Shown here one piece after another: positions 13,535 through 26,403 of a stretch of DNA of 64,000 nucleotides. The notes beneath the pieces are model-generated. The model was not told where the DNA came from. It searched no databases and saw only the letters and a list, made by a program, of their open reading frames with translations. The stretch is from Octopus vulgaris (taxonomy: Eukaryota): assembly GCA_951406725.2 (NCBI GenBank), contig OX597822.1, forward strand, positions 2,790,001-2,854,000, read 5' to 3'. The translations under genes and the position numbers were made by a program. Positions within the stretch are counted from its first letter, which is position 1. Every line of letters begins with the position of its first letter.

Positions 13535-13538
<4 letters not shown>
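12973..13538 (-). mobile_element. Penelope-like pseudo-LTR / retrozyme-like element with direct and inverted repeats
   Basis: About 77-bp direct repeat (12973-13050 and 13413-13487), 53-bp inverted repeat (13069-13121 and 13486-13538), internal hammerhead, and (AT)n on both sides. Confidence 0.75.
13170..13247 (-). ncRNA. Type I hammerhead ribozyme motif
   Basis: Minus strand: TCCCA CTGACGA [long stem II, irregular base] GAAA CTGATCA GTC TGGGA. 5-bp stem I and palindromic stem III (actgatcagt). Confidence 0.7.
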
Positions 13539-13633
<95 letters not shown>

Positions 13634-13662
13634 TATATGTATATATATGAATTGAAGAATTA

Positions 13663-14101
13663 GGATCTTTTCGGTTTGAACGGCAGTTTTTAACATAATT
13701 TCTAGGTAACCAAAAAATTTTAAACTTCGTATACTGGTAGAATGTGTTTATAAAACATCTTTTTCTCTTGGCTTTATTGAGAAAATTCTATAGTTTTTAA
13801 GATATTTGTTGTTTTTTTCTTTAATTTCTGCAATTTCAACCAGTCAGTGACGTGTATTGAGGTAAAAAAACATTCTGTGCCGTATGAATATGTCCCTCGT
13901 TTAAGAAACAGATTGGGTTTATTTACATTTGTGAAGAAAAAAAGATACCCTTCCTTCACTCCCACCCCTAACCTTAACCCTAACTAACCCTAACCTTAAA
14001 ACAGATTGAAATGCAATAGATCGATACTAGGGTCATAATTATGAGTGACAATTTCATATGACACCGCTAGAAAAAAACTGCCGTTCAAACCGAAAAGATC
14101 C
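13663..14101. mobile_element. MITE with 29-bp perfect TIRs and 8-bp TSD (Merlin-like), copy 1
   Basis: ggatcttttcggtttgaacggcagttttt at both ends, inverted. Flanks aagaatta/aagtattg match 6/8. Internal (CCCTAA)-like tract at 13967-13997. Confidence 0.85.
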
Positions 14102-14167
14102 AAGTATTGAATTGAACTGAACTAATTCAGCTCACTAGCTGTGGCCATGCTGGGGCACCGCCATATA

Positions 14168-14711
14168 TCTACAACATATATGAGAAATTCTGTCTGTAGG
14201 TGTGTTTGTGGAGTGGTTAGCTGGCTCCTCCTACATTGTTTTATCGATTTTAATGAGAGTTGAGTGAGGGTAATATTCTCTGGGAACACACAGAAACCCT
14301 TTTCAGAGTTATTTACTTTGAATTGTTATTATTTCATAACTGATTAGTCTGTTATTACGTAACATGCTTCACGATATTAGTAAACATAGCTCATTAGTAT
14401 TTCCTCCTATGTTCTATATATTCTGGGAACGCATTAAAGCACTTTTCAGGGCTAATATATTTGAATTCTTACTATCGGGTAACTAATATCATGTTATTAC
14501 ATAACTTACTTGGCAATTTGGGTATTCATAACTTCTCTTATAAATACCCAAGATCCTGTGATGGACAGTTCGGTATTCTCTGTAATGGCACAAAAACCGT
14601 TTTAAGGGCTACATACTTTGTATTGTTGTTATTGGATTAGCGAAACAATTATGTGAACGGAACAAAGGGATAAGCCCAGCTTTCCCGGGAATTACCGGGT
14701 ACGTCAGCTAG
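14168..14711 (+). mobile_element. Non-autonomous Helitron-like element
   Basis: A|TC start, subterminal hairpin cccgggaattaccggg and CTAG|T end. Three degenerate ~150-bp internal repeats (about 14274, 14419, 14574). Confidence 0.65.
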
Positions 14712-14723
14712 TATATATACACA

Positions 14724-14760
<37 letters not shown>

Positions 14761-14786
14761 GTATGTGTGTGTGTTGTGTGTATGTT

Positions 14787-14833
<47 letters not shown>

Positions 14834-14835
14834 AC

Positions 14836-14885
<50 letters not shown>

Positions 14886-14991
14886 TGAACTTTACAGAAG
14901 TTCCCACCATTAATAGTTATATTTACATGCCGAAATCTACCAGTAAATAATAGTTGGTTTTTTTAAAAAACCATTAAAGAAATTATTTACT

Positions 14992-15041
<50 letters not shown>

Positions 15042-15063
15042 CATATATACATATATATATATA

Positions 15064-15461
15064 CAGTAATCCCAAAACTACCGCGGGTGTTACGGTCTAA
15101 AACTCCCGCGATAGGTGAATATGTGCGAAGTAGAAAAAGCACTGCATTTTTTATTATTATTTCTATAATTTGTATATATTTACTTTATTACAAATGCAAA
15201 ACAACACCACGCACTCGCCTCTTGGGTTTCGTTTTCCTTACACTATGTGCGATTCTACGTTACCTTACGTATTTTCTTTTAATATATTCTAATTAAGGTG
15301 TTATACAGTGCAGTACTATTCTCTATTTTTACTTATGAATTTACAAATGTTTAGGCGTGAAAATGATTATTTTACTACGGAAATAATTAAAATCTTACAA
15401 AATATAATTTATATATATATAGGGCTCGATAGGTGAACCGCGATGTGGTGAGTGGTTACTG
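15064..15461. mobile_element. Tigger/pogo-like MITE (decayed)
   Basis: Ends cagtaatccc...ggttactg with cgataggtgaa subterminal motifs near both ends. Confidence 0.6.
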
Positions 15462-15471
15462 TCTATATCTA

Positions 15472-15536
<65 letters not shown>

Positions 15537-15559
15537 ATCTATCTATCTATTTATCTGTC

Positions 15560-15619
<60 letters not shown>

Positions 15620-15754
15620 TATATATATATATATATATACATATATATATGTGTGTGTGTGTGTGCATGTATATATATATGTATATGTATATATATATAT
15701 GTATATATATATATGTATATATATATATGTATATATATGTATATATATATATAC

Positions 15755-15792
<38 letters not shown>

Positions 15793-16030
15793 GCGTATGC
15801 GTGTGTCTGTTGGACTCTCCTGTCGGTTTCAACGTATGAAGATCTAACACACACTGTGACCGTCAGACCACTCAGTTGATTCGTCTTCAGTGGTGAACAG
15901 CCACATATTTGGGAAATGCTATTAAGTTCGGCGGTGCAAATTTTTGCTCCAAACTTAATGAACAATGTACCTTGGTATGCTAAATGCATATCTGGACATC
16001 ATACCAGAAATTTCTAACTCCTTTTATGGC

Positions 16031-16140
<110 letters not shown>

Positions 16141-16155
16141 TTATTATATAGAAGG

Positions 16156-16206
16156 AGCTTCTACAGGACTAGAACTGTTTCATTCAAGAGAAATCATCAG
16201 GAAGCT
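16156..16206 (-). ncRNA. Type I hammerhead ribozyme motif in a Penelope-like fragment (about 16140-16410)
   Basis: Minus strand: AGCTTC CTGATGA tttc-tctt-gaat GAAA cag-ttctagtc-ct GTA GAAGCT. Perfect 6-bp stem I and 3-bp stem III. The first stem II pair is mismatched. Confidence 0.75.
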
Positions 16207-16533
16207 AGTTAACAAGAATTGTATTGGCATTTATACATTTAGGCAGGTTTAAAGGGGTGGTGGTGGGGGACTTTTTGGGGGTAGGCATAGCGCAAAAATA
16301 TCATACTTGGGGGAGTGGTCAAGGAGTCAGTGGTAAATTAGATAAAAGAATAAATAAAAGAATAAAAAAATATATAGAAGAATAGAGTTTTAGGTAAATA
16401 AGGAGATTCTCACTTATACATATACACATATGTATATATATAAACATATGTATATATATATACACACACACACACACATATACATACACACATACATATA
16501 CACACACACGTATATATACATATATATATATAT

Positions 16534-16566
<33 letters not shown>

Positions 16567-17145
16567 TATACATGTATGTATATATACACACACACATGTA
16601 TATATACACACACGCCCACACATACATATACACACAAAAATATATACATAAACACACATACACATACACACATACACACACATATCTACATACACACATG
16701 CACACACAAGTCCATATATACACACATATATATATATACATATGTGTACCTATACATACCTACACATACACACATATATATATATACATATATATATATA
16801 CATATATACATACACGCATTCATATATATATGCATAAATAAATGCATCATACTACTCACATGATCTGTCTCTCTTTTAATCTGTATCTCCGTCTGTCTGT
16901 CTACATGTCTATCTATCTATATACATACATACATACATACATACATATATGCTTACATATAGATACGCGTGTGTTATACATATATATATAATAATTACAT
17001 ATCTGCATACACATGCGTACATATATATATATATATATATGCACAAATACATACGTACATGCGTACATACATATATATATATATATACATAGAAACATAC
17101 TGTACATATAAGCATATATACGTTCATTCAAACAAACACAGATTC

Positions 17146-17146
<1 letters not shown>

Positions 17147-17176
<30 letters not shown>

Positions 17177-17210
17177 CATACATACATACATACATACATA
17201 CATACATACA

Positions 17211-17244
<34 letters not shown>

Positions 17245-17542
17245 CATACATACATACATACATACATACATACATACATACATACATACATACATACACA
17301 CATACATACATACATACATACACACATACATACATACATATATACATACATACATACATACATACATACACACATACATACATACACACATACATACATA
17401 CATATATACATACATACATACATACATACACACATACATACATACATACATACATACATACACACATACATACATACATATATACATACATACATACATA
17501 CATACATACACACATACATACATACATACATAAATATATACA

Positions 17543-17576
<34 letters not shown>

Positions 17577-18138
17577 CATACATACATACATATATACATA
17601 CATACATACATACATATATACATACATACATACATACATACATACACACATACATACATACATACACACATACATACACACATACATACATACATACATA
17701 CATGAATGCATACACACATACATACATACATACATACATACATACATACATACACACATACATACATACATATATACATACATACATACATACATACATA
17801 AATATATACATACATACATACATACATACATACATACATACATACATACATACACACATACATACATACATACACACATACATACATACATACACACATA
17901 CATACACACATACATACATACATACATACATGAATGCATACATACATACATACATACATACACACATACATACATACATACATACATACATACATACACA
18001 CATACATACATACATACATACATACATAAATATATACATACATACATACATACATACATACATACATACATACATACACACATACATACATACATACATA
18101 CACACATACATACATACATACACACATACATACATACA

Positions 18139-18172
<34 letters not shown>

Positions 18173-18345
18173 CATGAATGCATACATACATACATACATA
18201 CACACATACATACATACATACATACTTACATACATACATACATACATACATACACACATACATACATACATACATACATACATACATACATACATACATA
18301 CATACATACATACATACATACATACATACATACATACATACATGC
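17147..18345. repeat. 1.2-kb (TACA)n microsatellite
   Basis: Direct reading. It accounts for the 200-500 aa pseudo-ORFs here. Confidence 0.97.
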
Positions 18346-18585
18346 ATATATTTCTCACAGCTACTCTTTTTAATGGCGAATAGGCGCCTTCGTACTCATC
18401 ATCAAAATTAATTTTGCATACGTCAGAATTATATAGAAACATTATTTCTTAATTAGATTTGCTTTCAATTTTTATCTCCAGTTTATATCACATTGAGTAA
18501 CATCACGTTACGACATACTTTTTCTGAATTTTTCCAGTCGTTTTTTCAGCCATGTCTGACACCTTTAGAATTCGTTTGTTAAATA

Positions 18586-19147
18586 TTGGGTTGTCCGGAA
18601 AGTTCGTGCCGATTTATAGTAGCTTACCTTTCGACTTATTTTAGAACATGGTTGAATTCATAAAATAGGATTTGACTACACCTCCAGTTAGAGCACAGTT
18701 TACGCTATCTTTTCGTGGAAGAAGGTTTATGTTCCTATAACCTGTGCTAATTCTGTAACCCTTTAAAATAGAAGATAAGAAAGTTCATTTTCGGCACTTG
18801 ATACTTTTGGAACTAGACAAAAATTGCTGCAGCTCGGGATCTGTTACCCCTTCCTTCATATTCACCAAATATTGCTCCTCCGGATCTCCACGTATTCAAA
18901 TCTCTGCAGAATAGTGTTAATGGTAAAAATTTCAATTCCTTGGATGACGTAGAAATATACCTTGATGAATTCTTTGTCATGAAACCACCTCAATTCTGAG
19001 AAGAGGGTATTTTCAATTTAAAGGAAAGATGGAGACGCATTGTGCAACAAAATGGTTTATATTTGGTTGATTAAAAATGTAATGGCAAGTATTTATTGAC
19101 CCTTTTCTTTCCTTTAAAAATTGGCACGAACTTTCCGGACAACCCAA
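18586..19147 (+). mobile_element. Internally deleted mariner transposon
   Basis: TIR ttgggttgtccggaaagttcgtgcc at both ends with TA TSD. Remnant N-terminus EDKKVHFRHL is joined to TRQKLLQL..YSPNIAPPDLHVFKSLQN..ERWRRIVQQNGLYLVD*. Confidence 0.92.
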
Positions 19148-19406
19148 TAGTTTGTTAAAACGTCATTGTACAAAGCTGTTTTCTTTTTTTTTCTTTATTT
19201 TTAAGGGCTACATTTTTAGGGTCGTTTCTAGTGCGCTAACCAAAGTATTAAGGGTATGCAGATGAATGCAAATTTATACATACATTTCTCAGTGTGTGCG
19301 TGTATGTGTGTGTGTGTCCGCGTGTGAGGCTGAGTCTATGTTTGAGTTTCTGTCTGTGTGTAGTTGACGTTACATACATTCATACACACACACACACACG
19401 CACATC

Positions 19407-19442
<36 letters not shown>

Positions 19443-19954
19443 CGTTGTTTAAAAAAATGTCCATTTCCTTGGTTTTGTGTCTATGTTTTCGTTTCTCATT
19501 GTGTTCGACGTTTTTTTTGGTGTCCTGTACCCATATATACATGTATATATACATGTAGAGGTAGGTACGTACATATAAGTATGTATATATGCATATGTTT
19601 TATTTATTTATTAATTTATTATATATATATACAGGGTGGGCCAAATGTCACGTACCACAACCATTTTACATCTTATTTATACTGGGTGTTCAAAAAGTCT
19701 CTCGGCAGTTAATATTTTTTTTTTCTCCAAGATGTATTTCAAAACATGTGCAGAAGAGTCAAATTATATATTGAAATGGACAACACTTTTAACACCTCTT
19801 ATCAGGTATTTTAAAGTCTTGTAAAGTCTAATATATTATTGGAGTCTTATATCATCTTATAAATTATTTTGCAATAAAGTTCTTACTCCGGAGAGACTTT
19901 TTGAATACCTTGTATTTTGTATTATTATTATTATTATCATTATTATTATTATTA

Positions 19955-20375
19955 GACAGCAAGATGGCAGAATCGTTAGCAAGCCGGGCAAGATGCTTAG
20001 CGGCATTTTTTCCGTCTTTACGTTCCGAGTTCGAATTCCGCCGACGTCGACTATTTCTTTCGGAGTCGATAATCTTGCAAATTGTATTTGATTTGCAAGA
20101 TTCTAAAATCGCTTGTTCTAATGCCTATCATTATACTTCGAGGTGGGCATCTCTTACCAATTAAGCGCACTTTCTATATATTTGGTCTAAACTTCAGCTT
20201 TATTCATATTCTTAGCAACATTTCCACTGTTCTGAGTTCAAATTCCGCCCAAGTCGAGTTTGCCTTCCATTAATTCGGGGTCCATAAAATTAGTGCCACT
20301 TACGCACTGGGGTCGATCTAATCGACTTAATCACTTCCCCCAAATTTGAGACCTTGTGCTTCCAGTAGAAAGGAT
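19955..20375 (+). mobile_element. SINE family B fragments followed by (ATT)n
   Basis: Head and central domain homology, type-2 tail ...ccagtagaaaggattatt. Confidence 0.7.
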
Positions 20376-20394
20376 TATTATTATTATTATTATC

Positions 20395-20445
<51 letters not shown>

Positions 20446-20455
20446 GTTATTATTA

Positions 20456-20511
<56 letters not shown>

Positions 20512-20717
20512 GTTATTATTTTTCTTCCTTTTTTTTCTTTCAAATTTGCTTCCATTTCTTGCCGAGTGTCTTCCCGACTCCTAGGGCAAAGAAACTCATA
20601 GTATACATTGGTAGGCCATTAAACTAAACTCACTAGTTCGTTCAATTATTTTTTTAAGTTAAATTAAAATACATGTATTATTATTATTACTATTATTATT
20701 ATTATCATTATTATTAA

Positions 20718-21176
20718 GCGAGAGAGAGAGAGCAGTGGAAGCCATCAAAGTGATAGTGGGATACAAATATACGAAACCCATCATGACTACCCGTCTGGTA
20801 TGTCTACACCAAGCACATGCATCACAACCATATGTGCGTGACATCGTGATCTCATATCAAGATAAACAGCACATGACCTTGCAGGTGGGGCCCAGTTAGA
20901 ATTTTCTTCAGGTCGGGTGGTCCATCCCACTCAAATGGTCCCTGAATAAGGTTTGTTTTAAGGATGATGAACAAAACACCCATCTTCTCAGAGGTGTTTT
21001 ATCCAAACTCCATAGAATTCCCCTCAACACATGGCTATGATGCTCCCCCATTACTTCTGTTCGTGATCAGAGATGCATATATTGTCAGCCACAAAGGGAC
21101 ATGTTCAACTGATTGAGGTGAAGTACCTGACCTGCAAATCTGTAGTATTGAGCAGAATATTTGCTGTAGCCCATCT
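20718..21176 (-). mobile_element. Unclassified interspersed repeat, possibly a LINE 3' UTR
   Basis: Complex sequence bounded by (ATT)n tracts with no ORF. The class is inferred only. Confidence 0.3.
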
Positions 21177-21330
21177 ATTATTATTCATTATGTATATATA
21201 TGTGTGTGTATGTGTGTGTGTCTGTCTGTGTGTGTGTGTCTATACAGTAACAGCATCTAGACACATGCATACGCATAGAAACACACGTAGACTTACACAC
21301 ACACACACACACACATAAACACACATACAT

Positions 21331-21600
21331 AGGAGTGGGTATGTGGTAGAAAGCTTGCTTCCCAACCACATGAATCTGCGTTCACTCCCACTGTGAGTGA
21401 GTGTATTTGTGTGTCTCTGTTTCTCACCCCACCCCACGATCACTTGACATTGATGTTGGTGTGTTTACGTCCCCATAACCTAACAGTTTGTAAGTACTAG
21501 ACTTACAAAGAATAAATCCTGGAGTCGATTTGTTCGACTAAGGGCGGTGCTCCAGCATAGCCGCAGTCAAATGACTGAAGCAAGAAAAACAATAAAAGAA
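21331..21600 (+). mobile_element. SINE family A (internally deleted)
   Basis: Head and 3' half homologous to 6511-6950. Confidence 0.8.
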
Positions 21601-21995
21601 TATATATATATATATATATATATATTAAGTTTTCAAAATGTATACCAATACACATTGTATACCAAATTTATACCAATTCACATCTGTACCAATAATTTTA
21701 TAAACAACACCTTTATCATACGATTTTAAATAGCATCTCTCTCGATTTTTTATTCGGAAATTCATCCTTTTCTCTGATGTGTGGATATACTTCCTAATGA
21801 TGGTTATCAACTTTTGATGTCTTTTCGAAAGGTAGTAGATTCATGAAACGATCGTAAGATGTCTCAAATCTTTTTAAATTATCATAGCTATACTTTTATA
21901 TATGTATTTATTAATACGATACTGTTTATAGTATGGACGTATCTCTACAGTGATTTCTAGGATATAATTTTTTCCTACTTTTACTCTCTAATATC

Positions 21996-22154
<159 letters not shown>

Positions 22155-22323
22155 TATACAGACAAAGAAAAAGACAGACACAGGCATACAGTCAGACAGA
22201 CAAATATGTAAATAGATAGAAGTAAAAACACACGAAGAGATAAGAGGTAACGATTACGGCTTATTACACACGCGCGCATGTGTGGTGTATAGGTGTGTGT
22301 ATACGTGCATTATGTACATATAT

Positions 22324-22415
<92 letters not shown>

Positions 22416-22417
22416 TC

Positions 22418-22600
22418 GAAATATGCAGAAAGACAAAAGAGGAAGACAGGTGAATAAACAACAAGCAGGTGTATTAGTTTGACGCTCCGGAAGGTAAGAA
22501 ATTCTTTTACATTTCGAGCATCCGTTCTTTAACAGAAAGATACACGAGGAAATATACAGAGAGAGAGTAAAAAAAACTGAGTTCGCGGTCACTCATGGCA
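22418..22600 (-). mobile_element. Hammerhead family E element (decayed core at 22503-22540)
   Basis: gaagacaggtg...tgtattag...ttttacatttcgagc homology to 63745-63915. Confidence 0.65.
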
Positions 22601-23850
22601 TCCCCATGATAAATTTGACAGTTTGCATGAAAGGAAAAGAAAACACAATATCAGATCCAAAGTTTAAAGTATTTGAAAAAATCAAAACCCATCAAGTAAA
22701 ATATGGCTGGGATATAACAGTTTACTCAAAGTAGTCGCCCGCAGCCTCTACAACGGTTTGAAGACGGCTAGGGAATCTGGCGAATGTGTCCCTCACTCTT
22801 CCTGGGACGTTGCTCGAACACTTCCTTGGTCTTAGCCACCGACTCGGCCTTGAAAGCAGGGCGATTTGTGTTTTCCTCAACTGCGCCCTACAAATAGTAA
22901 TCCATGAGTTTACACTTGGGAGAATTAAGTGGACAGAAATTGGGGCTGATGAAATCATAGAAATTCTCCGACAACCACTACTGACACTGTCCGGAAGGAT
23001 GACAAGGAACTGAATCCTGCAATCGCACATATGGCCTTTCAGCAGCAACCCTCTCCACTCAAATTTTAAGCGCATCGCCAGGACCTTCACATAGCTGTTT
23101 GAGTTGAGCCCAAGACCTTACTTAAAGACGTGGCACAGCAAGACGTCACACTTACTGGAGACATCCAAACGTCACCACAATTTGGGGAAACTTAGTTTTC
23201 ATGATACGAAGGACATCACATGAATTATAGGCGAACCAGCTTCTCCTAGTAGAAGTCCATTTCATCTGAGAGGATTCGCGACTCAACAAGATGACTCTGC
23301 TCGTTCAGAAGCTTCTTTGCCTTCGTCAAGCTGTTCTATTTGGACTTGGCTGTCAGAGTTTGTCCCTTACACTTCTTGTACATGTGCTGGCGAAGGGCCA
23401 ATTTCATGGTGGCGTCTGCAACACCAGTCTCTTTCACTAAAGCCCGGATACCCTTGTTCGGATCTTCCATCACCTCATCCTGCAGTTGTTGGATGAACTC
23501 CAGTATGCGGGCGCAGTCAGAACGCTTGCTGTGCACCATTCTGCTAACTACGGTTTCGTAGTCTTTGTTGCAGTTGTTTATATCATGTCTTACAGCTTTT
23601 ACAATATTCACAGATCATTGAGCAGCAATCATGACGTCGGTAGTTTGATACCTAACGCGAACCGTCATGATACAGGTAAATTTTTCTGATATTCAGATGA
23701 CTTCTAGGTTTCCATGTCAGCTAAATTTTTCTAAACTACAATTTTAATCTTTATATTCTCCAACGCCGTTGACGGTTTACCAATACAACAAGCTGTTCCT
23801 GGGAAAACAAGAGACATAACAAATCTTCAAATTTAGATCGCATACTTCCA
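22601..23850 (-). pseudogene. Decayed DD37D (maT-type) Tc1/mariner transposase element
   Basis: Minus-strand QDSVPCHPSGQCQQWLSENFYDFISPNFCPLNSPKCKLMD has 37 residues between the Asp residues. C-terminus RFPSRLQTVVEAAGDYFE*, HTH-like EDPNKGIRALVKETGVADATMK. Multiple stops and frameshifts. Confidence 0.85.
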
Positions 23851-23912
23851 TACCCCCTTCCCTCTATCCCTCTCTCTCTCTCTCACTCTCTCTTTCTCTC
23901 TATATATATATG

Positions 23913-23994
<82 letters not shown>

Positions 23995-24011
23995 TATATA
24001 TATAGAGAGAG

Positions 24012-24092
<81 letters not shown>

Positions 24093-24572
24093 TGGGTTGG
24101 TGTAAGGTCGTAATATCATATTGAATATGTAGGATGTGCGTTTTAAAGTTATTGAAGACTCACCATTTATCTTGGCTCCCATTTTGCCTCCCTTTCTTTA
24201 AATTGCTTTTAAATGTGTTTCGTTTATATGAAACAGTTTCGCAGTTTCAGTTAAACCCTCTCAACTTTGAAGCTGATTTAATATATTAATTTTCATTCCT
24301 AAGGAAATCGATTTTCTTTTAACTTGAAATTCTATCATTATTCAACAATAAGTGAGACAAGGTTGTCTCTAAAACTTGCATCTTGAATTACAAATTGTTG
24401 ATTATGCCATACCGGTCAAGAAAACACTGTCCACATCACCAGCAAGTCCTCAAAGATGCTTGCAATATTCTATCTTCCTGTGAGATATGATTTTTTCTCT
24501 AAAACTATTTACATTGCAATAGATAAATGATATAGATTTTTATTTAACGTATTAAATTTGGAGTAATGGAGT

Positions 24573-24829
24573 AACATGGCTGTTCCGTATGAACCGACCC
24601 GTTCCTACCATTTTGTAACCCCAAGAGGACGCCTCTAGCTGGTTATCGATGCAATCTGCACCCTATATATATATATATATATTAAAGCAGGAGAGCGAAC
24701 CCCAACCATCTTCGCTCACCTGGTTGCAATATATATCGGGTGCAGATTGCTGAGATAACCAATTAGAAGTGGCGTCCGCTTGGAGTTAAAAAATGGCAGT
24801 AACGGCGGTTCGTACTAAACAGCCATGTT
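24573..24829. mobile_element. Foldback/MITE hairpin with about 95-bp imperfect arms
   Basis: aacatggctgtt...gcaatctgcaccc versus gggtgcagattgc...aacagccatgtt. Confidence 0.75.
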
Positions 24830-26100
24830 GAAGTGGCGACAAACATTACTTCTCAGTATATTTACTATTTCATCTCTGATAGGGATTTTCTAACTGGCTG
24901 CTTTGCTTGTTGTATTATATTTGATTTTTGTTGAATAGATTTAAGCATTTAGGGAATTGAGTTTCTCTTATCACGGCCATATTGTTCTCAAAATGTTCTT
25001 TATAAACACATATACACACTGACTGTTACTTGTTCCCCTACTCGCTTTGACGACCCACAGAAGGATGAGAAGCAGTAAACAGTCTAAGATAATGTGACAT
25101 TAAGGAGTGGAACCTACAATTTCCTGTAATCCAGACTGCCTCATAGCGTGAGCAGACAGAATGGAAAAGGTGTTGACCCGGAGGATGGGGAGGGAGATGT
25201 GCTGCCACAGTCACTCTGACTTACGGGGCAATGCAAGCCGCAAGGAAGCTTACTTTGATGGTCTTACCAAACGTACAGCAGAATAAGACCCACCTTTAGA
25301 AATAAGGATTACTTGTAGCACATTCCAATAAAAAAAAAACAGCTACCCTGTTCAAATGAATTAGGGAAAATGTTCGTCAATGAGGTAGAGAAAAAAATTC
25401 ATCCACCACAGGTCTAAATGTCTTGTTTATACTAAAAATTTTCATGGCTACCTATTATTTATACTATTTCTGGTGGTCACCTATATCCTTATGTTCCCTA
25501 CCTTTATTATCATTACTACCATCTGATATTGCACCATATAAAATTCCAGTCCCTTCGTCTGTTCTAGTTATCTTCATCTCTTTCTTTGCCCCTATCTTAA
25601 TTTACTTATGTAACTTATATTTTACCCAAATTTCCTTTCATAATCAGGATTTTTCTACTCTTTTTCGCCCTACTGCTGTTACTTCCTGATTTTCCGGTTT
25701 TTCTACTGTATTTTTCCTAATCTTTATAATATTTATAAATCCTTTTAACATCTTTATATTCTCAGATATCCCGTTACTGTTTTCACATTCTTCTTCAGTT
25801 ACTATATTTTTGTAATCATTTTTCTAATCACCTTTTTGCTAATCATATTTTCTCAATAGTTTTTCAACATTTTCGACAATTTTTTTCCAACAGTGTCATT
25901 GATAACCCCGTCAACATTATTTTCGCTTTTTTTTCCCATTGTCATCATTCTTATCTTATTCTATTTATTTCGTTCTATTTTGCTTCATTCTTTTGGCTCT
26001 TCCTGCAAAACAACACCCCAGTTGTTAAGATTTCCTTTCGACTTAAGCACCATGTTTTTTCAGTAATTTTTAATATTCTGTTCATACCTCTACTATGTTA

Positions 26101-26403
26101 AGGCGCATAGCTCAGTGGTTAGAGCGTCGGTCTCACAATCACGAGGAAGTGAGTTCGATTCCCGTGTGTTATGTTCTTGAGCAAGACACTTTTTTTCACG
26201 TTGCTCCAGTTCACTCAGCTGTAAAAATGAGGAGTTGTTACGTCACTGGTGTCAGGATGTATCGGCCCCTTTGCTTTTCCCTTGGGTAACATTGGTGGCG
26301 TTGAGACTTCTGGTCTTCCATAAACAACCTTGCCCGGACCTGTGCTTCGGAAGGGAATTTTGTAGGTGCAGTCTCGTGGTCATTCATGATTAAAGGGGAT
26401 TTT
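26101..26403 (+). mobile_element. tRNA-derived CORE-type SINE (family D)
   Basis: A-box tagctcagtgg, B-box gttcgattccc, CORE-like cttgagcaagacactt...gctccagttcactcagctgtaaa. Confidence 0.8.

Noticed and set aside
13967-13997. Telomere or chromosome-fusion relic
   Set aside because: It is short, degenerate and internal to a MITE present twice.
16913-18442. 509-aa and overlapping 200-400-aa ORFs
   Set aside because: They are translations of (TACA)n, which lacks stop codons. The same applies to the YI/HT/CV-rich ORFs throughout the window.
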